From the human T2T-CHM13v2.0 reference genome, Homo sapiens, in assembly GCA_009914755.4 (NCBI GenBank), contig CP068257.2, forward strand, positions 29,376,001 through 29,440,000: a stretch of 64,000 nucleotides of DNA, given 5' to 3'. Both the position numbers and the translations under genes were made by a program. The notes under the pieces are model-generated. The model did not search any database, was not told the origin of the DNA, and saw only the letters and a program-made list of their open reading frames with translations. The number at the start of each line of letters is the position of its first letter. The stretch's first letter is position 1. Positions 13,396-27,004 of this stretch are shown here, piece after piece.

Positions 13396-16300
13396 TCATC
13401 ATTGGTTCTTACATTTTAAGTTTCTCTATTTACTGAGAATAATACCTTTCACTCAGCAATATTGTTCTTGGGATTAAAGTGCAAAGTGTACACTTAAAGC
13501 TGGGGAATTGGCAAACATCATGATTTTACCATCTCCACTGAAGAGCACTATTTTGCATTTCTAGAGAAATTTGAAGCTTCTGAGAGTTTCAGTGTCATCA
13601 GTTGGCTGGTGCCTGTGACCTTCTTACAGAACGAGATGGTGTATTCTACTTTTTGAATAATAAATAGGAAAAACAGGCATATTCTCAACAGAGATGGCAT
13701 TTGAATAAAAGTGTTCTCAGCTTCCTGTCTTTTATTCAGGAAACTCGTTTCTAATCCTGCTTTATAAACACACACACTCTTTCCTTCCTGTTGATGGTAT
13801 ATTTCAATTGTTTCTGCTTGCTGAGGTCCTCAAAACACAAATGCAATCATCTCTATGCCTTGTTTACATTTGCTTCTTAGGAAATGCAATAATCTTACAG
13901 AAAGCCTCACTACCGTCTATTTTAAAATCTGGTACACTGGGCAGCTACTAACTAGTTATACACCAGGCACATAAGGAAATAAATCAAGCTTGCATGGAGG
14001 ATCCCCAGCCAAGAGAAAGCTTTTTTTTTTCTTGTTTTTTTTTTTCTTGTTTTTTAACATTGGATTGGCAAATCGTATAATCAGGATCTCTCTAGGATTT
14101 TGTACCTGGCATAAAGGAAAACAATGTTGTGGAAGCTGTTTCGAGGGAACCTGAAATGCTCAAGGGCATGAGGGGAACTTCCCAACTCTCACTTGAAAAG
14201 ATACAGACAAAAGCACACAGATACTGCACTGCAAAAATTTGACTAAGGATTGCAATAGAATTGGCCAACATCTCAACAGAGTTACATGATTGCCAGATTC
14301 TCTGAATTGCCTCAACACAGAGCCATTATTCTGAGTCTGGGAATGCTAAATGAAACCCATGCCTACTATGTATGCTTTAAATCAGAAACTAAAAAGACCG
14401 ATTTTATTTCATTGTTGGTAGTATGTTGTTTTCATTTTCCGTTTATGCTTCTTTTGAAGTACCTGCTTCTTTTCCCTATTAAGTAATCATGAATTACACT
14501 TGCAAAGTACAGTATCTTTTGCTTTAAATCCCTCTTTGTGCCTGTTTTCTAATTCATCCTCAATAGACAGGACAGCTCTTGTCCAAATTTCACAGATGAA
14601 ACGCAAAGAGGGAAAGTGCAGACTTAAGCAAAGCCTTTGGCAGAATCCACTACCCAGAGAGAGGCGCAGAAGCAAGACACAGTCTATGCAGTCTCCCTGG
14701 TCCAGGTCATGGGACTACCTTGGGTCCAGTCAACCTTGGACAATTGTACGAAGCCTTACAAAGCAACCACGGGAAGGATGACACTTGTTTAGTACAACAC
14801 CATATTAACCATGTATTTCCGATGTTTTGACATCTTGGGGCCTTGCTAATCTTGAAAGCACTGTCACCCCCTGCCACAGACCCCCACCACCACTTCCCCA
14901 ATGACTAGAAATAGTAAAGGACTCTCTTGCAAGCATGCTTTCCATATTCAAACCAACCAATCTCTTGAGAGGCAAGAGAGCCCATGCCTCTCAACCACCT
15001 CTTTTATTGGGCTCTGACACTCTCGGCCATTATTTCTTTGCCCAAATCACCCCAGAGCCAGGTACTAGACAAGTGAGGACATCTTCTGCACCTCAAAAAC
15101 TGCTGAAATTATTCAAACGAACCAATTCTAAGCCAGCTTACCCTGCCTCCCCGCTCTTTCCCATGGAAACCACAGTAAAGAGTCTTGCCGATGTTTTCCC
15201 CTCTCTCCCTCTGCCTCCTGGCCAATGCTGATGCTTCTCTGTGTGCCCTGACTCCCCGTGGTATGGCATGTATGCCAGAGTTCCCCTCCGCTTGAAATCT
15301 ATGACAAGTCATCTTTTCAATGGCAGTCATCTACTGACCCATTTGCCTCACTATATCTGAATAATAATGAAACCTACATTTGAAAACATGCACATTTCTT
15401 CTCTTCTATTCATTAAACCCTAAACAAATTAAAAATTAAAAGAAGCTTGGACCAGCAGATGAAAGATAATCCTAACATGTGCCTCTCCCTCCTGAGCCCC
15501 TGCAAAGCCATCACATGTGCAATCAACATGATTTCTGAATTGGAAGATTGTCTGCTCAGCTTGAGTTATTCCTTCAAGCTGAACAGGCAACAGAAAGCAG
15601 ACAAGAAATGGCCTAGCTGATGATAAATGCCTAAATAAAAAAAAATCGTAACAGTCCTCCTCTTACACAGACCTCCACACACGTTCACCATAGGGTGATT
15701 CCATCAGTGCAGGGCTTGCTCACCGAAGGGATTGGTTAGAAGTGGCTTAACTTCCAATAGGACATTTGCATTGTAATGGGAGCATAGAGCAACTACTCTC
15801 ATTCTTTAAGGCCTGTATTGGAAATATTTTTGGAACTGAAACAAGTTTGAGAGTTTATCCTGAGGTTGGGAGGTGGGGATGGGAGATAGGACCAGACTTT
15901 TTGAAAAATTCTATTTGTGGTTTTCTCAAGGTACAGAAGACTGCCAGGGAGAAAAAATTATTTCTTGTACATTTGAAATACAATCTGCCTTTTATAGATT
16001 GGTTTTAAGATATTATACTCTTCTTTTTATTTCAAAGAGCAGATGAAAATGGAAAATTGTTAGCTATTCTAAAAATCATATAATCATAATTATCAATTTG
16101 AATTCCTATTGCTAATTCTTGCTACTGCAGTGAAATGATTTATCATAAAACACATCTTGGGATTTTAATTGTGTGCACTTGAATTGTATTTGCATATTCT
16201 CAGCACACTTCATCATTTTCATTCCTGATAAAGCACTTCCAAAGAAACTTTGCTCTGTCAGTTTAAGAATGCATTGTTTTTTCATATCTTCAAAACTATG

Positions 16301-16499
16301 GGTAATTGCTATCACATTCTGAATATGTTTAGGATTAGAGGTAGCCTGGACTTTATGAAATGGTGCCACCAAGGTAAGATTTCAAAAATGCTGGTCTAGG
16401 TGTCCAACACTTAATGTTATTCATGTCCACATCCTGTAGAATATTATTTAAGGATTTTTTGAATGATGGTTGAAACTGAAGCAATAGTATTTCCCTTGA

Positions 16500-17048
16500 A
16501 AGTGAAATTTTCTCAAAACCTGTCTTCCTCCTACGTCGTTAAGGAACCAAGAAGCTACAAAGGAAAGGAGGCTGTTACGACATTAACCTAAGGGAGGAGA
16601 CCACCCCTCATATTGTCTTATGCCCAATTTCTGCCTCCAAAGAAAGAAGTAAAAACTAAAAGGCAGAAATGAAATCCACAAGCAGACAGCCCGGCACCAC
16701 ACTCTGGACCTGGTAGTTAAAGATCGACCCCTGACCTAATTGGTTATGTTATCTATAGATTACAGACATTGTATAGAAAAGCACTGTGAAAACCCCTGTC
16801 CTGTTTTGTTCCGATCTAATTACCGGTGCATGCAGCCCCCAGGCACGTACCCCCCTGCTTGCTCAATCGATCACGACCCTCTCACGCACAACCCCTTAGA
16901 GTTGTGAGCCCTTAAAAGGGACAGGAATTGCTCGCTCAGGGAGCTCAGCTATTGAGACAGGAGTCCTGCCAATGCTCCCCGCCAAATAAACCGCTTCTTT
17001 CTTTAACTCGGTGTCTGAGGGGTTTTGTCCGCGGCTTGTCCTGCTACA
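16500..17048 (+). mobile_element. Solo retroviral LTR (class I/ERV1-like; family unassigned) with U3-R-U5-like layout: TATA-like cttaaaaggg (about 16910), AATAAA (16984-16989), a GT-rich region, and a terminal …ctaca. Unusually CpG-rich compared with its surroundings.
   Basis: …gagttgtgagcccttaaaagggacaggaattgctcgctcagggagctcagctattgagacaggagtcctgccaatgctccccgccaaataaaccgcttctttctttaactcggtgtctgaggggttttgtccgcggcttgtcctgctaca. About 16 CpGs in about 500 bp. No primer-binding site or internal region follows, so it is a solo LTR. The 5' boundary is uncertain. Confidence 0.55.
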
Positions 17049-17395
17049 AACCAACTGGATCCTATTCCACGGTTCCTTCTCTTTTCCTTCTTTCATCCTT
17101 GACTCATGGTCCCCAGCATCATGTTTTTCCCCTCTGAGGACAAAATGGACTCAGAGTCATGAACAAGCAAATGCATCACATGTTTTAAAAAATGATAGTA
17201 ACCCTATTTAATGAATCCAACAAAAGCGCAAACCTAACCCTTCCCACCATCGAAGAACAAAGCTAATAATTAACACATATCACTTATTTAAGCTTTATTT
17301 GTGTACCTCAAATGTACATTGATATAAATGTCTAGACAATGGAAAGATCTTTTGCAGAGTTGAGGATTGTTCACTGAAAATTAACCCTAATCTAG

Positions 17396-17456
17396 CCAAA
17401 TATATATATATGTGTGTGTGTGTATATATATGTGTATATATGTGTGTATATATATT
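17396..17456. repeat. Compound (TA)n/(TG)n dinucleotide microsatellite
   Basis: aaatatatatatatgtgtgtgtgtgtatatatatgtgtatatatgtgtgtatatatat. Confidence 0.9.
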
Positions 17457-17549
17457 TATTTGAGTTAATATATGTAAACTCAATTCTTTCTGTCTATATA
17501 TTGAGTTATATATATTGAGATATATGTATCTATATACATTGAGTTAGTA

Positions 17550-20500
17550 TATATATATAAACTCAATTCTCTTAGGCATCAATGTCAAAGGTGTTATGAT
17601 ACAATAATGCAGTAAATAACATAGCTGCAAAATATTTAAAACAAAAATTCAGAGAAGTACAGAAAAAAAACAGGCACTTCTACCATTATAGCACAATATT
17701 TTAACATACTTTTTCTGACACTAGATCAGACAGAAAATAAATTGGTAAGGATACAGATTGAACACTACCCAAAAATTATCTTATGTGCATATATGGAGCA
17801 CTATATCTTCAAAATACATTATTTTCAAGAACATGAAGAATATTTATATTTAAAAAGATTTTAAAAGTGACCACGTCTTAAAGTCTTTAAACATGTCAAA
17901 TAATTGATCTCATATAGATCACTTTTCAACCAAAAGTCAATTTAATTGTTACTTATAATGACAAAAACATATAGAAAAACCCCCATATGTTTGGGAATTT
18001 AAATGCACAAATTTAATAACTCATAGGTCAAAGAAGAAATCACAAGATAAATTATAAAATATTAAGAATTGAAATAACAAAAATAGCACATGCCCCATAA
18101 AACTTGTGATATAAAGGTAAAGTGGTATGTAGAGTAAAATTTATAAAGTAATATGATAATAGAATAGTAATAGAAAAGTCAATATGCTGAAAATTTATCT
18201 ATATATCCAAAGAGTGCTAAAGGGATATAATAGAGGAAAGTAAACACATAACAGAAAGGAATGGTGATGTGAGAACTTGGTTATTTGAAAGAATAATAAA
18301 ACTGACAGCCCTCTAACAAGTTTAATCTAAAAAAAGAGATAAAATAAATAATATTGGAATGAACATTAACCAAAATTATAGACACTATGCATATGAAAAA
18401 GATAACAACAGTACTAATAAATATGAAAACAGATGAGCAGATCATTGAAAAATATAATTTACAAAATGGCCTAGAGAACAACTAAAAAACAATAAATATG
18501 CTTATTAACTTTTTTTGAAATGAGTAAGTAAAAAACAACTTTCTAAAAAGAAAATATTAGTTCCACGTAGTTTGATTAGCCACCTCTGGGAATAAGTTAA
18601 TTCCTGAAAAGGTAAGTTAATTCCTGAAAAGGTAAGTTTCTAAGAATAAAAGGAGAGACGCTCCCCAGTTCATTTTATAAAGCTAGTATCACTTTGTATG
18701 AAAAACTGGCAAGGGCATTATAAGAATGAAAAATTACAGACCAGTCTTCCAAATAGCAATGTAAAAATCATATATGTGTTTACATGCATGTGTGTGTTTT
18801 TATATATGCCAAAATTATATATATTTATATATGGTTCATTCAGAAATAAAAAGTAAAATGGCAAGCCATTAGTAGAAAAAGATATTTATATAGAGAGTAA
18901 ATATATTTATTTATATCTTTATATATGACAAAAACATACATTGATAATTTAACATTTTTAATGTAATGTCTATTAACCAGTAAGAAAAAATAAAGACTAT
19001 CCAATTAAAGTGGGAGGGAAGACAGGAAAATAGACCTGATCTAGACTTCACAAATGAGAATATTAATGATTTATCATAGCATGGAATGAAAATGATGAAG
19101 TGTGCTGAGAATATGCAAATACAATTCAAGTGCACACAATTAAAATCCCATATCATGATTAATCATAGCAAATGTGTGTGTATTCCTAGCAATAAATTGA
19201 GCAAAATATGCATAAGACTATGATAGACATATTAATTATTAAAAGACTTCAAATACAAGATATACCATGTTTGTGGATTAGAAGCAGCAATATAAAACAA
19301 GTCAGTTCTCTGCAAATTCATGATAAAGGCATTTACAGTCTACGTTGCAATGAATTTGTGTGTATGTGTGTATATTTAACTTGTCAAAAGAAATTTCCAA
19401 AATATATATGGAAAAACATAGAGCCAGGACAACCAACACATTTTAAGACAACAAGTTAGTGAAGCTTGCTTTACCAGATATCAAGAATTCTTACAAAATG
19501 TTTACATTCATGACACTGTAGAATTATCACAGGGAAAAGCAACAGATCAATGAAACAGACTTGAAACTTGATTTATGTCAGAGCTGGCATTGCACACCAG
19601 TGGGAAAAGAATAGACTTTAAATAAACATTACTTAGACATTGTTATTGGTTTGGAAAAAATTAAATCAAAGCCCTTTTTAACCTCTTGCACAGAAACAGA
19701 TTCCAGATAGATTAAAGACATAAATATGAAAGGCAAAACTATACAACTTTTAGTCAAAATATAGGACAACATATTTGTGATATTAGGAGAACGAAAAAAG
19801 TCTTTTTTTTTTTTTTTGGTAGATATGGGGTCTCAATATGTTGCTGAAGCTGGTCTCACTCCTGACCTCAAGCAATCCTCCCACATTGGCCTTCCAAAGT
19901 TCTGGGATTACAGGCAGGAGCCACCACACTGGGCCAGGAAAATTGTCTTAAGATGCAAAAGATGCAAGTCATTTTTTAAAAGAGATAAATTAGCTAAATT
20001 AAAATTAAGGATTTTTGGTCCTAAAAGATATGAAATATAAAAAGACAACCCACAAACTGGGAAAAAAAATGTTTGCCCTAGATGTTACTGGCAAAGGAAT
20101 AGTAACTGAGCAAAGAACTTCTGCAAATCATTTTAAAAAGCAAATGACTGGTAGGAAACTGAAACAAAAAATGTAAACAGTTCTTCAGAGAAGAGAAAAT
20201 CCAAGGACCAAAAAAATACAAGTAAGATTCTTAGTTTTGTTAATCGCCAAGAAAACAAAAATTCAAACCACAATTAGGTACTATATTATGACTTCCAGAC
20301 TGACAAAAGTTAAAGAGCCTAACAAAATCTAATGTTGGCAAGGATATGGAATTATCCTTCTGGTGAGATTATAAATTGAGACAAGCATCTTTGAAGACTG
20401 TATCAACCAGCAAGTGTTTCTTCTAGAAGACAGGTGCATATTCATAGCAGTCCCTTTCATAATAAAAATAGCAAAAATCCAAATGTTCATCAAGGATAGC

Positions 20501-20745
20501 AGAGGTAACAAACTATGTGAGAGTCATGCAATGAAAACACTGCCTTCTAGAAGTGACAATTAATAATTTACAGGTAAATGTAAAAACATGGAGTATCTCA
20601 GAGACATAATGTTGAACTAAAAAAGGAAATATCATAACACATACACTATAATTTATCTATATAAAGTTCAAAAATATACAACATTAAATAATATGTTACT
20701 TAGGGATATACCGTCTGGGAAAACTAAAGTTACAAAAAGAGAGAG
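17550..20745 (+). mobile_element. Old diverged L1 (L1M-like) ORF2/3' half, sense orientation, about 3.2 kb, carrying a FLAM-like Alu monomer insertion
   Basis: A-rich sense sequence collinear with L1 ORF2: …gaccacaatggtatgaaa-like region near 17880; …gataaacaaaattgacaaacc…ataaataaaatcagaaatgaaa-like region near 18290-18400; …gttggcaaggatatggaattatccttctggtgagattataaattgagacaagc (cf. gtgttggcgaggatgtggagaaattggaac…) near 20330. It ends at the Alu at 20749. Confidence 0.7.
19800..19937 (-). mobile_element. FLAM/FRAM-like free Alu monomer inside the L1M
   Basis: Poly-T, then ggtagatatggggtctcaatatgttgctgaagctggtctcactcctgacctcaagcaatcctcccacattggccttccaaagttctgggattacaggcaggagccaccacactgggcc. 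Only one arm is present. Confidence 0.7.
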
Positions 20746-20748
20746 ATA

Positions 20749-21079
<331 letters not shown>

Positions 21080-21332
21080 TCAGCCAGGGTGGTTTCCTCT
21101 GAGTAGAGAGGAAAGGGAATGGGACAAGGACTTCAATGGTAACAATAATTTTTTTTTTTTTGGTAGTGATAGTGGTGGTAACCAGGTGAGATACTCCAGA
21201 TATTCACTGTATCATTAGTCTTTATATTTTATGCATATTTTACAAGTATTTTGGGGGTTTCCTCAACATTGAATTTAAAATTTTTTAATGAATTGTCTTC
21301 AAGGATTGTCTTTCAAGAAGTAGTGGCATATG

Positions 21333-21673
<341 letters not shown>

Positions 21674-22886
21674 CTAAACTGGATACTCTGGCTGAAATAT
21701 GACAGCAGGGACAAAAAGGATCAGCTGCAGAGCTTTAGTCTCAGAGGAAGTGGCATAGCAGATCGAAAACCAAAGGAGAGGCTCAGATGTAATAAAACAA
21801 TCTGGGGATCCAGTTACTAGAATGAGGTCATAGGAAAGGGCTAGATCACACAGAACAAAGCCAGAACCCAACCAGGGCTAACACTCCAAGTGAACCAGCA
21901 CTAAGGCTGAATCATTTGAATTATTGTCCTGAGTTCCTTTGTCCCAAGGAAAAGCATGGATCCCATTGCTGTTGTACAGGGTTGAATATTAAAGGAGGAG
22001 CTTCAGAGAATCAAGCCTTAAACGAGAAGTCTGCAAAGGTGAGAAGCTAAGCAGGTCTTTATATCATTGTCAAGAAAAAAAGGAGTTTCTTCCTATTTTA
22101 CAGGTAGAGGTCCCAAAATAAGTTAAAGTGACTTATCTGAAGTCATTTCATCATCAGTTTGGAAATAGAAATAGAATCCATCAGTCTTAGTTCTTTTTGT
22201 TGATGCCATCCCTGGTCTACACTCCTTCATTCATAAATTACTTAGCAGCTACACACACTCTATGCAGGAGGCAGGCCATGATTCACAGGCTTAGGTGTTT
22301 CAGACAAGGTTTTATTTCTTTATTTTCAGTTCCCATTTTTTTTTTGGCTCTAAAAATAGCAGCTGTGCTGAACAGTACTCAATGGAAGAAAGAAAGGAAC
22401 TCATTTACAGAGCAGAGGACAAAAATAGTTTACCCAGCATTTATACTATGCTCTTTGGAGCTCAGGGTCAAAGATTTCAGCAGGAGTTTTCTTTAGTAAC
22501 CTAAATTTACTTACTTTCTTTTACTACATCAAAATGGTTTTAAGTGTCTATTCACATAACAATGAATGTGAGGGTCTATCCAATGCCAACAAGTTGGATC
22601 ACTACTGAGGTGGAAATAGCGTGGCTTAAACAAATCGACAGCATATAATTGAGGTCACAAAAAGATGTTTTGCTGGCAAAACCCAAGAGGCTGTGGTAAT
22701 AAAGTATGCCTGAAAATGAGAGTAGAAAAGTATTTCCCTACGTAAGTGTTACAACTGCATCAGATGTTAAATTCACCTTCAGAATTATCTTGCTCAAAAG
22801 AGTAGACCTCTGCTTCCTAATGGAAAGAAGAAATTTTAAAATAAAACACATTTAAACAAGCCATATCTATCTACCACCAATTTTCT

Positions 22887-22887
22887 T

Positions 22888-22926
<39 letters not shown>

Positions 22927-23209
22927 AGACAGAGTCTTGCTCTGTTGCCCAGACTGGAGTGCAGTGGTACGATCTAGACTCACTGTAAGCTCCGCCTCCC
23001 AGGTTCACACCATTCTCCTGCCTCAGCCTCACGAGTAGCTGGGACTACAGGTGCCCACCACCACACCTCGCTAATTTTTTTTGTACGTTTAGTAGAGACG
23101 GGGTTTCACCGTGTTATCCAGGATGGTCTCCATCTTCCTGACCTGGTGATCCGCCCACCTCGAACTCCCAAAGTGCTGGGATTACAGGCGTTGAGCCACC
23201 ACGCCCAGC
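22887..23209 (-). mobile_element. Alu (Y/Sg-like) with a poly-T of about 38 nt
   Basis: t38, then gagacagagtcttgctctgttgcccagactggagtgcagtggtacg…ggcgttgagccaccacgcccagc. Target-site duplication ct(a/g)ccaccaattttct. Confidence 0.92.
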
Positions 23210-23514
23210 TGATCTGCCACCAATTTTCTGTATGACCTCACATAAGCTTCCTCTGAGCTTTGGTTTCCCAACTGGTCAATGGCCATTCCTGGCTCCCCAA
23301 AGAGAAACAGTTACCAGAACACCTGGCTGAGCGTGAAGAGTCATTCAAATGGCGAATTGGAAGTACAGCTGAGATTGGATTCCATGGAATTTTCTCATGA
23401 TAACCCTAGGAATATATGGGGGAAATGGGTAGAAGATAAGAGATCCAGCTATTCTGATTCATGAATTGCCCAATGAGAGGGGATTAGTGGTTTCTTTTTA
23501 ATCTGAGAGGATGT

Positions 23515-23930
23515 ATTAGATTTCTATTGGTGCAAAACACAATACCCAAAATTTAGCAACTTAAAACACCACATTTTATTATCTCACAGTTCTGTAGGTC
23601 AGAAATTCAGTAAGCCTGGCTGGGTTCTCTGCTTAGAATTTCATAAAACCAAAGTCAAGGCATCAGCCAGTCTGGGCCTTTATCTGGAGGTTCTGCAGAA
23701 GGATCTAATTCTAAACTCGTTCAGTTTGTTGACAGAATTCAGCTCTTTGTGGATGTAGGTCTGTGGTTCCCATTTACTTGCTGGCTGTTAGGTGGGAGCA
23801 TCTCTCTGCTTCTAAGCAGCGCCTGCATCCCTTCATATGGGGTCCACTCCATGGTCAAAGTTAGCAACAGTATGTTGAATCTCCTCCATGCTTTGAATCT
23901 CTGACTTCTGCTATCAGTAGAGAAAACATT
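23515..23930. mobile_element. MLT1-like (MaLR) LTR; orientation not assigned
   Basis: …aacacaatacccaaaatttagcaacttaaaacaccacattttattatctcacagttctgtaggtcagaaattcagtaagcctggctgggttctctgcttag…cagccagtctgggcctttatctggaggttctgcagaaggatc…. Confidence 0.45.
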
Positions 23931-23953
23931 CTGCTTTTAAGAACTCATGTGAT

Positions 23954-24280
<327 letters not shown>

Positions 24281-26700
24281 TCATGTGCCATGTAACATAA
24301 CACAATCATGAGAGTGTCATCTCATCCTATTCCCAGTTCCCATGAATCAGGGCAGGGCATTTTTGTGGAGGCCACTGTAGAAATTCTGCCTGTCACAAAG
24401 AAAGTAGCGGATAAGTCAGTAACATAGGTTTTGGTGAAGACTGATTTGCTTTCAAATTCCAGCTCTGTAATTTGAGTGGGTTTCTGTTTAAAGTCAGGTT
24501 AAATTGCTGAACTTCTCAAGCTTCGCTTTCTGTAGATTACAATCTACTTAGGAGCAGGGTACCAACTGCTACTTCCCATATACTTTGCACAGTGCCCAAG
24601 ACATGCCAGTGTTTGCAAATATTTGAAAGGATGAATGAATGAATAACATTGAAAGTCATCCCCAAAACATACTATAAAGCTGTATTTGGCCCTGTTTTGT
24701 CAATGTTTCTTTCATTGACTTGGGCCAATGAGATTGTGTTAATGAATTTACCCAAACTGACTTGGGTCAATGAACAAAAACGGAGAAGCAATGTACATTA
24801 AAGAGATAAGTGAAATAAAGCTGGGCCAAACATTGGGTAACACAGCCGAAATTAAGAAGAGTCATGGCAAACTAAAAAAAAAACAAGCATTTCAATCAAC
24901 TAAAATGAAGATTAATTAGTTTCCTTAATGACTTCGGCAGCTAGGAACCTCAGAGCTAGGTTTTTCTTAACTCAATTACAGTTTTCCCTTAGCCTAGGTT
25001 ATCTAGCATAGTTGCCCTGCCTCTTGTCCTTTGTCTCTAATGCTTGATGGTTTTAATGTGATACTTTGTTTTACTGTAAATCACCTGAAAGCTTATTAGG
25101 ACGTACACAAGATATAAAATATGACAAAATGGAAAAAAATCTGTTTTCTAAAATTTCTGGGGTCCTAAAGAAAAGAGCAGAAAGGGATTTTTCTCAAGGA
25201 GATCCAGAAACAGAATCACTTTCTTAAAGATTCACATAATGAATGGGTCACACATGGAGAGTGTGAGCTTGGGCAAAGCTAGGCTGGAATAGGCTCCAAG
25301 GCAAGATGGTGGAGGAAATGGCCTTACCTGATCATTTTTCCATCACACTCTGTGCCCCTCCCACCCTGAAACTTCAGTGAAAGTCCTAATCTGCCAAAAT
25401 GCTATTATGTAAATGGGATTTTTTTTTCTTGGTGCAGATGGTTAAGGCCAGGTGGAGAAAGAAGATGGCACAAACTGAGTTACATAGACAGAAATGGGAG
25501 TAAGGAAAAGAGAGACTTTGAGCTATTATACATCTTTGAATGCTTTTATCATAATTGATGAGACACAGGAAGATGCCACAGGAAGACTGAAAAAATAAAT
25601 TAATAATTATCAGATAAGCTTTAGTTCCTACCCTCATGTACCCTAAACCATTTGGCAAGGTTAGTCCTGAAGAAATTCATCCATTTAATGAGGGATTCAG
25701 TGCTCTCTCTCTAGATTTATTTTTAAAACCTAAGATTTTGAAAATATAGACATCTTTGTTATGTTTATAAGATTTAAAATTCAAATATTTTGTAGATTTA
25801 ATACCTGTAACATATAATGATATGAAAGTACATAGATATATGAATCTAGATACTTAAGACCTGGAGTTCCAATAAGGCAGCTTGTACCGTTTTAGAGTGA
25901 CAAAAAAGGTATCAGCCTAGAAAAACTTTCTATCAAGTGTGGAAAATTTACCCTGATCTTTCCACATCTCCATCATATGCATGTTTGAGCTACAATAAAT
26001 TTAAAACAGAAATGGAGCAAGGGGTCCCTAAGATATGCAAAACAATCCAGAAAAGTAACTGTGGAAAGACCACCAATTCTCCCTTTTCGGGGCACACAGA
26101 GACAAAAGGTTGAATACTTGCTAATGGGAAAAGGAGCAGAACTAATATGTTTCATCTCATCCAAAGCAGTCAAAGGCAGCTATGTTTTCTCTATGTTCTC
26201 TTCTCTCCCTTTAGTGTGGCTGGAACAATGAGATAGCAGAGCTGTAAGACATAGCAGCCCAGATCCCTGAGTCACTATAGGAGAGCTCCAAGGAGAAGTG
26301 ACTCACTGAGTAAGACTTAGACAAGAGTCATAAATAACTTTACTGGATTAAGCCTGAGATTTGAGGGTGTACTTGTTACTGCAGCATAGTCTGTATTATC
26401 CTGACTAATACCAAAACATTATTCCAAATCATAAACACAAATATTTCCTGATCTGAAGTCAATTGGGATTCAACTGTTTCAAATTACCTACAACACAAAT
26501 TAGACATTATAGAGGAACTAGCAAAAGCTTACTTCTTTATTTATAGATATTTATCATCTACTGTCAACTAATAATAGATAAGAAAATAGCCAATAAATCA
26601 GGGACATTTACAAAATGCACAGAGATTTTGTTTTGTTTTACTACTTCCAAGCACCTCCCAGATAGTAGTCACCAAAGTTTAATTTAAAAAATATGAATTT

Positions 26701-27004
<304 letters not shown>

